Counted from the stretch's first letter, positions 18,790 to 28,607 are shown. The stretch: 64,000 nucleotides of DNA from Alphaproteobacteria bacterium (GCA_963667785.2 CAXXMU010000002.1:864001-928000); one strand, 5' to 3'. Numbers and translations: made by a program. The notes: generated from the sequence alone by a model not told the origin.

Positions 18790-20874
18790 CTACAACGTCC
18801 TGCAGAGCCTGAAGGCGTCGAGCACGGCGGCGTAGATGTTGCGGCTGGAGACCGCGTCGCCGATGCGGTAGAGGCGGAAGCCGCCGTCCCCTTCCCCGTC
18901 GTCGCCCCCTTCCCCGTCCGCGCCGTCTTCCTCCGGCTGTGGCCGGCCCGCCAGCAGCGCCGCCTGGTCGAGCACGCCGCGGTTGACGGCCACCCCCGCG
19001 AGGCCGCGAAAGAGCGCGTCGGCCGGGCGGGTGCCGTGCTCGACCACGATGCGGCCGGTCTCGTGCACCTCCGCCTCGTCGGTGAGCTCGTTGCGGAAGC
19101 TGACGCGGAGCCGGTTGCCCGCGCGCTCCACCCGCTCCAGCCGCCGGTCGAGCTGGGGCTCGATGCCGAGCTCGTAGGTGCGCTTGCGCCAGATCACCTG
19201 CTCGGAATAGGCCATCTCCATGGCGAGGTGGCCGTCGAGGCCGAAGAACGCCACCGCGCCGCCGGCGCTTACGATCGCCTCGGCCGCCGTCAGCGCGGCG
19301 TGGCGGCCGGTCCCGTCATAGACGATCGAGTCCTCGGCCGGCGGCACCGCGCCCGTGAGCACGTCGCGGACGCTGGTGCAGTGCTCGGCGCCGTCGATCC
19401 AGGCGAGGTCGGGCACGCCGCCGGTGGCGACGATGACGATGTCGGCGCCCTCGAGGGCAGCGTCGCCGGTCTCGACGGCCGTGCCGAGGCGGACCTCGAC
19501 GCCGAGCCGCTCGAGCTCGCGCGCCCGCCAGTCGACGATCCCCGCCAGCTCGCCGCGCCAGCTCGCCTGCGCCGCCAGCAGCACCTGCCCGCCGAGGTCG
19601 CCGGTCGCCTCGCAGAGCAACACCCGATGGCCCCGCTCGGCTGAGACCCGCGCGGCCTCGAGCCCCGCCGGCCCGCCACCCGCGACCAGCACCCGAAGCC
19701 TCGTCTCCGCCCGCTCGACCGCGTGCGGCAGCTCCCGCTCGTGGCCGGTCGAGGGATTGTGCAGGCAGGTCGGGCGCTGCGCGCTCATGCAGTGGGTGGC
19801 GCCGACGCAGGGGCGCACGCGATGCCCCTCGCCCCGCGCGAGCCTGGCGACCAGCGCGGGGTCGGCGATGTGGGCGCGGGTCATCGCCACCATGTCCAGC
19901 AGGCCGCCCTGGATCGCGCGCCGCGCCGTCTCGAGCGAGGTGATGCGCGTCGCGTGGAAGACCGGCAGCCCCACCCGCTCCCTGAAGGCGCCGGCGCGGG
20001 CGAGGAACGGCGCCTCGGGCGCGGCCATGCCGGGCATGCAGTCCTCGGCGAGCTTCCGCTCCGTGTCCATGCGGCCGTAGATCGCGTTGAAGAAGTCGAT
20101 GGTGCCGGACGCCTCGAAGAGGGCGGCGATCTCGATACTGTCCTCGAAGCTGAGGTGGTCGGGGCCCGCCTCGTCGATGATGAAGCGCATGCCGACGATG
20201 AAGTCCTCGCCCACACGCGCGCGGATCGCCTCGTGCACCATCAGCCCGAAGCGGCAGCGGTTCGCGAGCGAGCCGCCGTAGCGGTCGGTGCGGCGGTTGG
20301 TCGCGGGCGAGAGGAACTGGCCGATGAGGTGGGCGCCGGTGAAGGTCTCGATGCCGTCGAGCCCGCCGTCGCGGCAGCGCTCCGCGGCTTGCGCGAAGTC
20401 CGCCACCACCCGGCGGATGTCGCGCTCGTCCATCTCGCGGGCGAAGGCCCGGTGCAGGGTCTCGCGCACCGGCGAGGGGCCGATCGGCGGGAGCGCCGCG
20501 CCGGCATAGGGCTCGGCCCGCCCGCCGACATGGCTCACCTGGCACATGAGCGCAGCGCCATGGGCGTGGATGCGGCGCGAGAACGCCCGGAAGTGCTCGA
20601 CCACGCGCTCGTCGTGCAGCTCGATCTGCGGCAGTTGCCACGCGGACTCCGGCGAGACGTTGGACGAGCCGCCGAACATGGTGAGCGCGAGCCCGCCCTC
20701 CGCCTTGGCCTCGTGGTAGCGCTGGTAGCGCTCCCCCGGCATGCCGCCCTCGGCCAGCCCGCAGGCGTGGCTCGTGCTCATGATGCGGTTCTTCAGGGTG
20801 AGGTGCTTCAGGCGGAACGGCTGGAGCAGCGGGTCGGTCGCGGCGTCGCGCGATGACGGCACGCTCTGGGGCAT
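18790..20874 (-). CDS. NADH:flavin oxidoreductase (OYE barrel + FAD domain), StcD/N-methylproline demethylase-like
   Basis: DPLLQPFRLKHLTLKNRI, TNRRTDRYGGSL, TRAHIADP..RPCVGATHC, GGGPAGLEAA, RIGDAVSSRN. Confidence 0.85.
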   Translation of the reverse strand: MPQSVPSSRDAATDPLLQPFRLKHLTLKNRIMSTSHACGLAEGGMPGERYQRYHEAKAEGGLALTMFGGSSNVSPESAWQLPQIELHDERVVEHFRAFSRRIHAHGAALMCQVSHVGGRAEPYAGAALPPIGPSPVRETLHRAFAREMDERDIRRVVADFAQAAERCRDGGLDGIETFTGAHLIGQFLSPATNRRTDRYGGSLANRCRFGLMVHEAIRARVGEDFIVGMRFIIDEAGPDHLSFEDSIEIAALFEASGTIDFFNAIYGRMDTERKLAEDCMPGMAAPEAPFLARAGAFRERVGLPVFHATRITSLETARRAIQGGLLDMVAMTRAHIADPALVARLARGEGHRVRPCVGATHCMSAQRPTCLHNPSTGHERELPHAVERAETRLRVLVAGGGPAGLEAARVSAERGHRVLLCEATGDLGGQVLLAAQASWRGELAGIVDWRARELERLGVEVRLGTAVETGDAALEGADIVIVATGGVPDLAWIDGAEHCTSVRDVLTGAVPPAEDSIVYDGTGRHAALTAAEAIVSAGGAVAFFGLDGHLAMEMAYSEQVIWRKRTYELGIEPQLDRRLERVERAGNRLRVSFRNELTDEAEVHETGRIVVEHGTRPADALFRGLAGVAVNRGVLDQAALLAGRPQPEEDGADGEGGDDGEGDGGFRLYRIGDAVSSRNIYAAVLDAFRLCRTL

Positions 20875-21190
20875 GAGTCCGGTCTCCGGCGGCTGAGGCA
20901 CGCGGCGCAGGCCGGTGCGAGCCCATCGCCGCTCAGGATAGTGGCGTCGAAGCGTACGCGCAGCCCTTCAGCGCCGGCTTAGCCCGCGTGCCCGATTGTT
21001 CCGGCGTCCGCGCGGGTCTACACTGATACAGGCAGCCGGGGCCCGTCCGGGGCTCCGGCTCGACCGGCAGAGGGGTGCGGCCCCGCGCGCTCGACCCGCA
21101 TGGCGGCGAGAGCGGTACGCCGGCAAGAGCAACAACAGGGGCAGCGTGGCCGCCGCGCGCCGACCGCCGGTCGGGCGAGAGGGGGCGACC

Positions 21191-22492
21191 ATGACGCAGA
21201 CTCTGTTCACCAACATCATGATCTTCGACGGCTCCGGCAAGAAGACCTACCGGGGCGAGGTGCTGGTCCAGGGCAACCGCATCAAGAAGGTCTCGAAGGG
21301 CAAGAAGAAGCTCGCGCGGAACGGCGCCCAGGTGGTCGACGGCGGCGGCGCGACGCTGATGCCGGGCCTCATCAACGGTCACTCCCACATCGGCTATTCC
21401 GAGGAGGGGACGTCCCTCTACTCCCTCGGCGATACGCCGCCCGAGGAGAACACGCTCATCACGATGAAGCACGCGCAGATCCTCCACGATCACGGGTTTA
21501 CCGCCCTGGTCTGCGCCGCGACGGGCAAGACCCGAATGGACATCGTGATCCGGAACGCCGTCGACGCCGGCGAGATGGCGGGCCCGCGCATCCTCGCCGC
21601 CTCGCCGGAGCTGACGGTCACCGGCGGCCTCGGCGACGCGCGCCAGCTCCACATGCACCACGGCGCCTTCTCGATCATCTGCGACGGGGAGGAGGAGTTC
21701 CGCCGCACGGCGCGGATGCTGTGCCGCGAAGGCGTCGACATCCTCAAGATCATGCCGTCGGGCGACGAGTTCATCTATCCCTACGGCCGGGGCGACACGA
21801 CCGTGATGACGGAGGAGGAGGTGGCGGCGGTCTGCCAGGTCGCCCGGCAGCGCAACCGGCGCGTCTGCGCCCACGCGCGGACCTCGGAATCGGTCAGGCT
21901 CTGCCTCAAGTACGGCGTCAACATCATCCACCACGCGACCTACGCCGACGACGAGACCATCGACATGCTGGTGGCGGCCAAGGACGAGGTCTTCGTCGTG
22001 CCGGCCATCGGCATCACCCACAACACGGCCTACGAGTCCGCCGAGTTCGGCATGCCGCCGGAGAGCGAGATCGCGCTCCGGCACCACCACGAGCTCGCCA
22101 TCGTCAGCGAGACCATGAAGAAGCTGCATGCGCGCGGCGTGCGCGTGCTCCCCTTCGGCGACTACGCCTTCGCCTGGGTGCCGCACGGAACGGATGCGCG
22201 GGACTTCGAGCACTTCGTCAACTACTTCGGGTTCACCCCGGCCGAGGTGCTGCATGCCGCGACGAAGCTCGGCGGCGAGCTCTACGCCTTCGCCAACGCG
22301 CAAGGAACCGGGATTCCCGAGATGGGCGAGGTCAGGGAAGGCTATCTCGCCGACCTCATCATGATCGACGGCGATCCGCTGGCGGATCTCACGCTCTTCC
22401 AGGACAAGGAAAACATCCTCATGGTGATGAAGGACGGCGCCTACCACAGGCCGCCCCAGCCGCGCCGGCGGGTGGCGGCTGCGGCGGAGTGA
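21191..22492 (+). CDS. Metal-dependent amidohydrolase (prolidase-like subgroup)
   Basis: TLMPGLINGHSH, VDILKI, VCAHA, IIHH, G..ADLIMIDGDPL. Confidence 0.85.
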   Translation: MTQTLFTNIMIFDGSGKKTYRGEVLVQGNRIKKVSKGKKKLARNGAQVVDGGGATLMPGLINGHSHIGYSEEGTSLYSLGDTPPEENTLITMKHAQILHDHGFTALVCAATGKTRMDIVIRNAVDAGEMAGPRILAASPELTVTGGLGDARQLHMHHGAFSIICDGEEEFRRTARMLCREGVDILKIMPSGDEFIYPYGRGDTTVMTEEEVAAVCQVARQRNRRVCAHARTSESVRLCLKYGVNIIHHATYADDETIDMLVAAKDEVFVVPAIGITHNTAYESAEFGMPPESEIALRHHHELAIVSETMKKLHARGVRVLPFGDYAFAWVPHGTDARDFEHFVNYFGFTPAEVLHAATKLGGELYAFANAQGTGIPEMGEVREGYLADLIMIDGDPLADLTLFQDKENILMVMKDGAYHRPPQPRRRVAAAAE

Positions 22493-22609
22493 ACCCGGCG
22501 ATACCCCTTCGCACCGGCTGACGGCCCGCCCTCGGGCCGCGGTCTCTTTCCCTCCGCCGGCTCGCCTGGGGCGTGTAGGATGCGCGCGCCCCCGGAGGGA
22601 GCGAGCGGC

Positions 22610-23950
22610 ATGGAGAGATACCTCCCGAGCCTCGGAGCGGACGCGCTCAAGGGCGTGCCCGCGTTCGGCGACTACGACGTCGTGGTGATCGGCGGCGGAC
22701 CCGCCGGCATCGCCGCCTCCACCACCGCCGCCGAGCTGGGGCACCGGACGCTGCTGATCGAGCGGCTGGGCTATTGCGGCGGGGCGGCGGTCTCCGGCAT
22801 GTCGGGCACCATCTGCGGCCTCTATCTCACCGTGGAGGAGCCGCGCATCACCCAGCCGCAGCAGGTCGTCTTCGGCTTCGCCGAGCGCTTCCGCGCCGCG
22901 CTGGAGGCGGAGGGCGGCGTCACCCGCCCGCAGATCTACGGCAAGAGCTGGGTGGTGACCCACGACTGCGCGACCTACAAGCGCGTCGCCACCGACCTGG
23001 TGCGCAGCGCCGGCGTCGATGCGCTCTACCACACGCAGATGATCGACGTGATCGTGGACGACGACGCCCTCGCCGGCCTCGTCCTGCTCACCAAGTCGGG
23101 CTTCACCAGGGTGGGCGCCACGCGGGTGATCGACGCCAGCGGCGATGCCGACGCCGTCTTCAAGATGGGGCTGCACACCACCAAGGGGAACGACGGCGTC
23201 ATCCAGAACCCGACGATGATGTTCAAGATCGGCAATGTCGACGTGCCGCGCTATCTCGCCTACTGGGGCGAGGACACGATCTCGCCGCCCAAGGTGATCT
23301 CCATGCTGGAAGCGCGCGACGAGCTGGTGCGGAAGAAGGTCTGGCTCTTCCCGACCGTGAACCCCGGCGAGATGCTGGTGAACGCTACCAAGATCATCGG
23401 CTTCGACGGCCGGGCTCTGGACGTGACGGACCCGGTCGACCATACCGAAGCGGAGCAGTTCGGCATCTACCAGGCGCGCGCCTTTTTCTCCTTCCTCAAG
23501 GAGACCATTCCCGGCTGCGAAAACGCCTATTTCATCGACTATGGCGCCGAGGTCGGCGTGCGGCAAACCCGCTCGATCGACGGCGTTGCGCGCCTGATGA
23601 ACGCCGACGTGGTGGAGACGCGCAAGTGCCCGGACGCCATCGCCCGCTCGAGCTGGCCCATCGAGCTTCACCAGGGCGCCAAGCCCAAGACGGAGTGGCT
23701 GGTGGACGACTATTACGAGGTCCCCTTCGGCACTCTCGTACCGAAGGAGGGCCGCAACGTCATCGTCGCCGGCCGCTGCCTCAGCGCCGAGCACGAGGCT
23801 CTCGCGAGCTGCCGCGTCACCGCCCAGTGCTTCGAGTACGGCCGCGCCGCCGCGATTGCCACGGACCTCTCGATCCGCGACGACATCGCCTTCCGGGAGA
23901 TCGACGGCGTCGCCGTCGCCCAACGCATGGGGGCGGACCGCGCGGTCTAG
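22610..23950 (+). CDS. FAD-dependent oxidoreductase
   Basis: DVVVIGGGPAG, IDASGDAD, GVRQTRSI, YEVPFGTLVP, VAGRCLS..RVTAQC. Confidence 0.88.
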   Translation: MERYLPSLGADALKGVPAFGDYDVVVIGGGPAGIAASTTAAELGHRTLLIERLGYCGGAAVSGMSGTICGLYLTVEEPRITQPQQVVFGFAERFRAALEAEGGVTRPQIYGKSWVVTHDCATYKRVATDLVRSAGVDALYHTQMIDVIVDDDALAGLVLLTKSGFTRVGATRVIDASGDADAVFKMGLHTTKGNDGVIQNPTMMFKIGNVDVPRYLAYWGEDTISPPKVISMLEARDELVRKKVWLFPTVNPGEMLVNATKIIGFDGRALDVTDPVDHTEAEQFGIYQARAFFSFLKETIPGCENAYFIDYGAEVGVRQTRSIDGVARLMNADVVETRKCPDAIARSSWPIELHQGAKPKTEWLVDDYYEVPFGTLVPKEGRNVIVAGRCLSAEHEALASCRVTAQCFEYGRAAAIATDLSIRDDIAFREIDGVAVAQRMGADRAV

Positions 23951-23960
23951 ACGCAGCAGG

Positions 23961-24012
23961 TAGAGAGAATGAATAATCGCTTATTATCTGCTAGCTATAC
24001 TATTTAGTTAAT
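23961..24012 (+). promoter_or_regulatory. AT-rich promoter/operator upstream of the enolase pair
   Basis: AATAA-TCGC-TTATT inverted repeat (23972-23985) and TATACT (23996-24001) in an otherwise GC-rich context. Confidence 0.5.
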
Positions 24013-24031
24013 CTCGCACGAGAAGCACCGG

Positions 24032-25162
24032 ATGCTCCCTGTCACCGTCGAGCGGATCGAGCTGCTGGCGATCGGACCCGATGGCGAGAAGACCTCCTGG
24101 TCCTCCCACCTCGGTCCCATGCACGAGGCGCTGATCCTCGCGCGGCTCGGTCTCGCCAACGGTGTGGACGCGGTCGCGGGCACCACCACCTATACCGAGC
24201 ACGAGTTCGACAGGACAGTGTTCTCCGCCGCGTCGCTGATGGCGCCGTTCGTGCTGGGACGCGACGTGTTCGAGAGCGCCGCGCTCTACGCCGACATGCG
24301 CAGGCGCTCCGTGCCGCTCGGCCATATGGCGACCTCTCTTTTCGACATCGCTTTGCATGACGGCCAGGCAAAATCACTGGAGAAGCCGGCGCCGCTTTAC
24401 CGCATGCTCGGCGGCGTACGGCACGAGATCGAGGCCTATGCGTCGAGTCCGCTGTTTCCGGTCGATAGCGCCTATGTCGACTATTGCAGAACCATGATCG
24501 GCCGCGGTTATCGGGCGATCAAGATTCATCCCTATTGCGTGCTGGACGACGACCTGCGCCTGGTGCACGCGCTGGTCGAGGAATTCGCGGACCAGGAGAT
24601 CGGCTGGAGCCTGGATTCGGACGGGATGTACACGCGCGACCAGGCGCTCCGCATGGGACGGGTCCTCGATGCGGCCGGGTGGGAGTTCTTCGAGGCGCCG
24701 CTGCCCGATGCCGACCTCGACGGCTACCGGGCGCTGGCGTGCGCGCTCGACCTCGACGTGATCTGCGGCGGGAACAGCCTCCCCGACCTCCGCCTGATCG
24801 GCCTTGCGCTGGAGATGGGCGCCTGGGACCGGGTCCGCTTCGACGCGACCGGGATCGGCGGCGTCACCGGCGGCCGCGAGGCCATGGCGCTCGCGGACGC
24901 ACACGGCAGGAAGGGCGAGATCCAGAGCTGGGGCTACACGCTGACGCAGGCGGCCAACCTCCACCTCATGCTCGCCCATGCCAATTGCGACCGCTTCGAG
25001 CAGGCGACGCCGGCGGAGAAGTACGAGTTCGGCGCGCGCCAGGTCGTCCGCCCGGACGCCGACGGCCTCGTCCGCCCGAGCGGCCTGCCCGGCCTCGGCG
25101 TCGAGATGGACCGCGACGCGATCGAGCCCTTCGTCTACGCCCGCCGCGCGTTCCGGCGATGA
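24032..25162 (+). CDS. Mandelate racemase/muconate lactonizing enzyme family protein
   Basis: FDIALHD..PLYRMLGG, AIKIH, LD, FFEAP, PGLGVEMD. Confidence 0.85.
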   Translation: MLPVTVERIELLAIGPDGEKTSWSSHLGPMHEALILARLGLANGVDAVAGTTTYTEHEFDRTVFSAASLMAPFVLGRDVFESAALYADMRRRSVPLGHMATSLFDIALHDGQAKSLEKPAPLYRMLGGVRHEIEAYASSPLFPVDSAYVDYCRTMIGRGYRAIKIHPYCVLDDDLRLVHALVEEFADQEIGWSLDSDGMYTRDQALRMGRVLDAAGWEFFEAPLPDADLDGYRALACALDLDVICGGNSLPDLRLIGLALEMGAWDRVRFDATGIGGVTGGREAMALADAHGRKGEIQSWGYTLTQAANLHLMLAHANCDRFEQATPAEKYEFGARQVVRPDADGLVRPSGLPGLGVEMDRDAIEPFVYARRAFRR

Positions 25163-26304
25163 GCGTCAGCATCGAGCGGGTGGAGGTGATCTGCCTCCAG
25201 GACCCGGCAGCCCGCTACTACCGCTTCGAGGGCAGCTACCGGAACGTGCTCGTGCTCGTCCACGGCGACAACGGGCTCACGGGCATCGGCGAGAGCGACG
25301 CCCCGCCAGAGATCGTCCGGGCGGTCATCGCGATGGCGCCCTACAACGAGCGCGCCGAGGGGCTCGCCGCCATCGTGACCGGCGAGGCCGTGGACGACCC
25401 GCGCCGCCTGTGGGACGCGATGCGCGCGCGCTCGGCGTGGCACGGCCGGCGCGGCGCGGCGATGCACGCGATCAGCGCGCTCGACATCGCCATCTGGGAC
25501 CTCTTCGCCCGCTCGAACGGGATCCCGCTCTGCGCGGCGCTGGGCGGCGCGCGCCACGAGCGCCTGCCGGCCTACGCGACGCTCTATCCCCTGGAGGACG
25601 AGCCCGCGCACATCGACGCCCAGGTCGCGCCCCTGCTGGAGCAGGGCTTCCGCCACCTGAAGATCTGCGTCGAGCCGTGGTGGGCGGAGCCGGAGCGGGT
25701 GCGGCGGAACCTCACGCACCTGCGGGCGCTGGTGGGGCCGGCGCGCGGCCTGATGCTCGATGTCGCGCAGGAGTTCACGCGGCTGGACCAGCTCGCGCCC
25801 TTCCTCGACCTGCTGGCCGCGCTGGACTTCGCCTGGATCGAGTCGCCCTTCCCGCAGGAGGATGTCGCCGAGCACGCGCGGCTCGGCGCCGCGACGCGCA
25901 TCCCCATCGGCGTCGGCGACCTGGGCCTCACCACCTGCGGGGAGTTCGAGCCCTTCCTCGAGGCCGGCGCCTTCGACATCGCCCAGCCGGACCTGACCAT
26001 GTTCGGCGGCTTCACCGAGGCGCTGCGGCTCGCGCGGATGCTGGCGGGCACCGGCAGGCGGATCGTGCCGCACGGCTACAACACCGACATCACCATCGCG
26101 GCCAACCTTCACTTCATGGCGACGCTGGAGAGGGCTGACCTCGTCGAGGTCTCGACCAGCCCCTCGCGCCTTCGCCGCGAGCTGGTCCGGGGCCTCCCGC
26201 CGCTCGGAGACGACGGGACGATCACCGTTCCCGACGGGCCGGGCCTCGGCATCGAGGTGAACGCCGAGGTGGTGGACGCGCTGCGCGTCCAAGTCACTTC
26301 CTGA
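25159..26304 (+). CDS. Mandelate racemase/muconate lactonizing enzyme family protein
   Basis: GLTGIGE, ISALDIAIWDL, LMLDV, WIESP, QPDL..GGFTE, VPH, GPGLGIE; ATGA overlap with the preceding gene. Confidence 0.88.
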   Translation: MSVSIERVEVICLQDPAARYYRFEGSYRNVLVLVHGDNGLTGIGESDAPPEIVRAVIAMAPYNERAEGLAAIVTGEAVDDPRRLWDAMRARSAWHGRRGAAMHAISALDIAIWDLFARSNGIPLCAALGGARHERLPAYATLYPLEDEPAHIDAQVAPLLEQGFRHLKICVEPWWAEPERVRRNLTHLRALVGPARGLMLDVAQEFTRLDQLAPFLDLLAALDFAWIESPFPQEDVAEHARLGAATRIPIGVGDLGLTTCGEFEPFLEAGAFDIAQPDLTMFGGFTEALRLARMLAGTGRRIVPHGYNTDITIAANLHFMATLERADLVEVSTSPSRLRRELVRGLPPLGDDGTITVPDGPGLGIEVNAEVVDALRVQVTS

Positions 26305-26566
26305 AGAGGTCGGCGTGAGAGCCGGTGCGGGCCAGCTGCAATTCGTCCCCCTTCACGCGGTAGATGAGGAGCCAGTCCGGCTCGAGATGAATTTCGCGGT
26401 ACTCGTGCCATTTTCCCCGCAGCGGATGATCGCGATACCGTGCGGGCAGGAGGTCCCGCCGCATGAGTGCCTCCAGCGGCGGCCGGAGCTTGGCGAGGTC
26501 CTTGCCCCGCCTCTTCGCCCGCTTTACGTCCCGCCTGAATTGCGTTGAGGTGACGGGGGTCAGCAC
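26294..26566 (-). CDS. yafQ: YafQ-family toxin (RelE superfamily mRNA interferase)
   Basis: FRRDVKRAKRRGKDL..YRDHPLRGKW..REIHLEPDWLLIY..ARTGSHADLF. Confidence 0.93.
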   Translation of the reverse strand: MLTPVTSTQFRRDVKRAKRRGKDLAKLRPPLEALMRRDLLPARYRDHPLRGKWHEYREIHLEPDWLLIYRVKGDELQLARTGSHADLFRK

Positions 26567-26567
26567 G

Positions 26568-26825
26568 TCAGGCGCCGATGTCCTCGAACAGGTCCGCGGC
26601 GCCGGTGTGGCGCTTGCCCTTGCCGTCGTCCAGCTCCTTCATCGCTTCCACGGTGGTGGCGTTCGGCACGTGAACGGCGAACGGCAGGCGCTTCTCGTCG
26701 GCCACCCGCAGCAGCAGCAGGCGGATCGCGTCGGATACCGTCAAGCCCATGGCGTGAAGGGCCTCGGTGGCGCGCGCCTTGGTATCGCTGTCGATGCGTG
26801 CCCGCACCACGGAATCGGCCGGCAT
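26568..26825 (-). CDS. dinJ: DinJ/RelB-family antitoxin
   Basis: VVRARID..K..A..L..MGLTVSDAIRLLL..LPF..PNATTVEAM. Confidence 0.92.
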   Translation of the reverse strand: MPADSVVRARIDSDTKARATEALHAMGLTVSDAIRLLLLRVADEKRLPFAVHVPNATTVEAMKELDDGKGKRHTGAADLFEDIGA

Positions 26826-26842
26826 GTGTACCCCTCCAGGTT

Positions 26843-26863
26843 TGTGGCTATAGTGTAGCTACA
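26843..26863. promoter_or_regulatory. Probable autoregulatory operator of dinJ-yafQ
   Basis: TGTGGCTA-TAGTG-TAGCTACA, an 8-bp inverted repeat with one mismatch just upstream of the GGAGGG RBS. Confidence 0.7.
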
Positions 26864-27062
26864 TGAGGAAGCCGGTACAACCGCAGCCCGAGTGCGGCGC
26901 CGGGGCGTCCCGCTGATGGCCGGCCCTCCGCCGGAACGGTGCCGGAGGGCGTCGCGATCCGGCCAATTTGGTGCGGATTCGCAGTAGCCCCGGCGATCCG
27001 CCCCGCGATAGCCTGTGTGAAGAACCGGCCGGCCCGGCCCCCGGCACACGGAGAACGCAGCC

Positions 27063-28262
27063 ATGGCTGAGCACTGGTGGGAAAGCAGCGCGCAGGCGGC
27101 CGAAGCGCTTGCGCACGTCGTCCGCCCGATCGAGCAGGCGGGCGGCCTGCCCAACGAGGCCTACGTCTCGCACGCGTTCGCAGACTGGGAGCAGGACGTG
27201 CTGCTCGCCCGGAGCTGGGCCTGCATCGGCACCGGCAGGCGCGTGCCGGAGCCGGGCGATGCGCGACCGATCGAGTTCGCCGGCCTGCCGCTCCTCATGG
27301 TGCGCGGGAACGACGGCGCGGTGCGCGTCTTCCACAACGTCTGCAGCCACCGCGGCATGATCCTGGTGGACGAGCCCCAGCGGACGCGCGGCACCATCCG
27401 CTGCCCCTACCACTCGTGGACCTACGACCTGGACGGCTCGCTTCGCGCCACGCCGATGATCGGCGGCACCGACAGCCACACCTGCCCGAGCTTCGAGCGG
27501 GCACAGAACGGCCTCAAGCCGGTGCGGACGGCCACGTGGTTCGACGCCGTGTTCGTCAACCTGCGCGGGGACGCGGCGCCCTTCGAGACCTTCATCGCGC
27601 CGGTGGCCGAACGCTGGAAGGATTTCGACGCTGCCACGCTGCATCACGAGGCGCGCGATTCCTCCTACATCCTCGACGTCGCCTGCAACTGGAAGCTCGC
27701 GGTGGAGAACTTCTGCGAGGCCTACCACCTGCCCTGGATCCACCCCAACCTCAACAGCTACTCCCGGCTCGAGGACCACTACCAGATCACCGAGGAGGAG
27801 GACGGCTACGCCGGCCAGGGCAGCACCGCCTACCGGCCGCAGCTCGTGGAGAACGGCGACGCCTTCCCCGCCATGCCGGACCTGCCGGAACGCTGGCACG
27901 GCACGGCGGAATACGTGGCGCTGTTCCCGACCGCGCTGTTCGGCATCCACGCGGATCACTTCTACACGGTGACGCTGGAGCCGAAGGGCCCGGGCCGGAC
28001 CATCGAGCACATGGACATCTACTACTTCGCCGACGAGGCGCTGGACGAGGCCCACACCGAGCAGCGCCGGGCCAACGCCCGGCTCTGGCAGGGCATCTTC
28101 GAGGAGGACCGCTTCGTCGTCGAAGGCATGCAGCGCGGCCGCGCCTCGCCCGCCTATCGCGGCGGCGTGCTCTCGCCGGCGCTCGAGCGCACGACCCACT
28201 GCTTCTACCGCTGGGTGGCGACCCGGCTGCTGCAGGCGAGCCAGGCCAACCGCGCGGCCTGA
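27063..28262 (+). CDS. Rieske non-heme iron oxygenase alpha subunit (choline monooxygenase-like)
   Basis: CSHRG..CPYHSW Rieske motif, NWKLAVENFCEAYHLPWIHP, EED..VEGMQRG. Confidence 0.9.
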   Translation: MAEHWWESSAQAAEALAHVVRPIEQAGGLPNEAYVSHAFADWEQDVLLARSWACIGTGRRVPEPGDARPIEFAGLPLLMVRGNDGAVRVFHNVCSHRGMILVDEPQRTRGTIRCPYHSWTYDLDGSLRATPMIGGTDSHTCPSFERAQNGLKPVRTATWFDAVFVNLRGDAAPFETFIAPVAERWKDFDAATLHHEARDSSYILDVACNWKLAVENFCEAYHLPWIHPNLNSYSRLEDHYQITEEEDGYAGQGSTAYRPQLVENGDAFPAMPDLPERWHGTAEYVALFPTALFGIHADHFYTVTLEPKGPGRTIEHMDIYYFADEALDEAHTEQRRANARLWQGIFEEDRFVVEGMQRGRASPAYRGGVLSPALERTTHCFYRWVATRLLQASQANRAA

Positions 28263-28283
28263 GCGAGCGGCGGCGCGGCCGGA

Positions 28284-28598
28284 TCAGATCTCGCAGGCGT
28301 CGCCGTTGCAGCCCTGCTTGTCTCGCCCGAACAGAAGGCGAAGCGGGGGCAGGTAGAGGGCGAGGCCCAAGGGGACGTAGAGCGGCACCTGCAGGCAGAG
28401 CTTGCGCGTGGCAAAGACGCCGGTGAACGCCCTGCCGCTCCCCTTCTCGATCACCACGATCTCGCCGACGGGCACCGGGCCGAGCGGCGAGGCGTCCGTC
28501 CGCATCTCGATGTGGCCGAGCCAGTCCAGGCGCGCGGTCAGCTTCGCCTGTCGCACGCAGTCCGGGCAGCGCGGGTTGTAGTAGAGCGATACGCTCAT
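28284..28598 (-). CDS. DCC1-like thiol-disulfide oxidoreductase family protein
   Basis: YYNPRCPDC (CxxC), RLDW, C-terminal CNGDAC. Confidence 0.7.
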   Translation of the reverse strand: MSVSLYYNPRCPDCVRQAKLTARLDWLGHIEMRTDASPLGPVPVGEIVVIEKGSGRAFTGVFATRKLCLQVPLYVPLGLALYLPPLRLLFGRDKQGCNGDACEI

Positions 28599-28607
28599 CC
28601 CGTGCGC

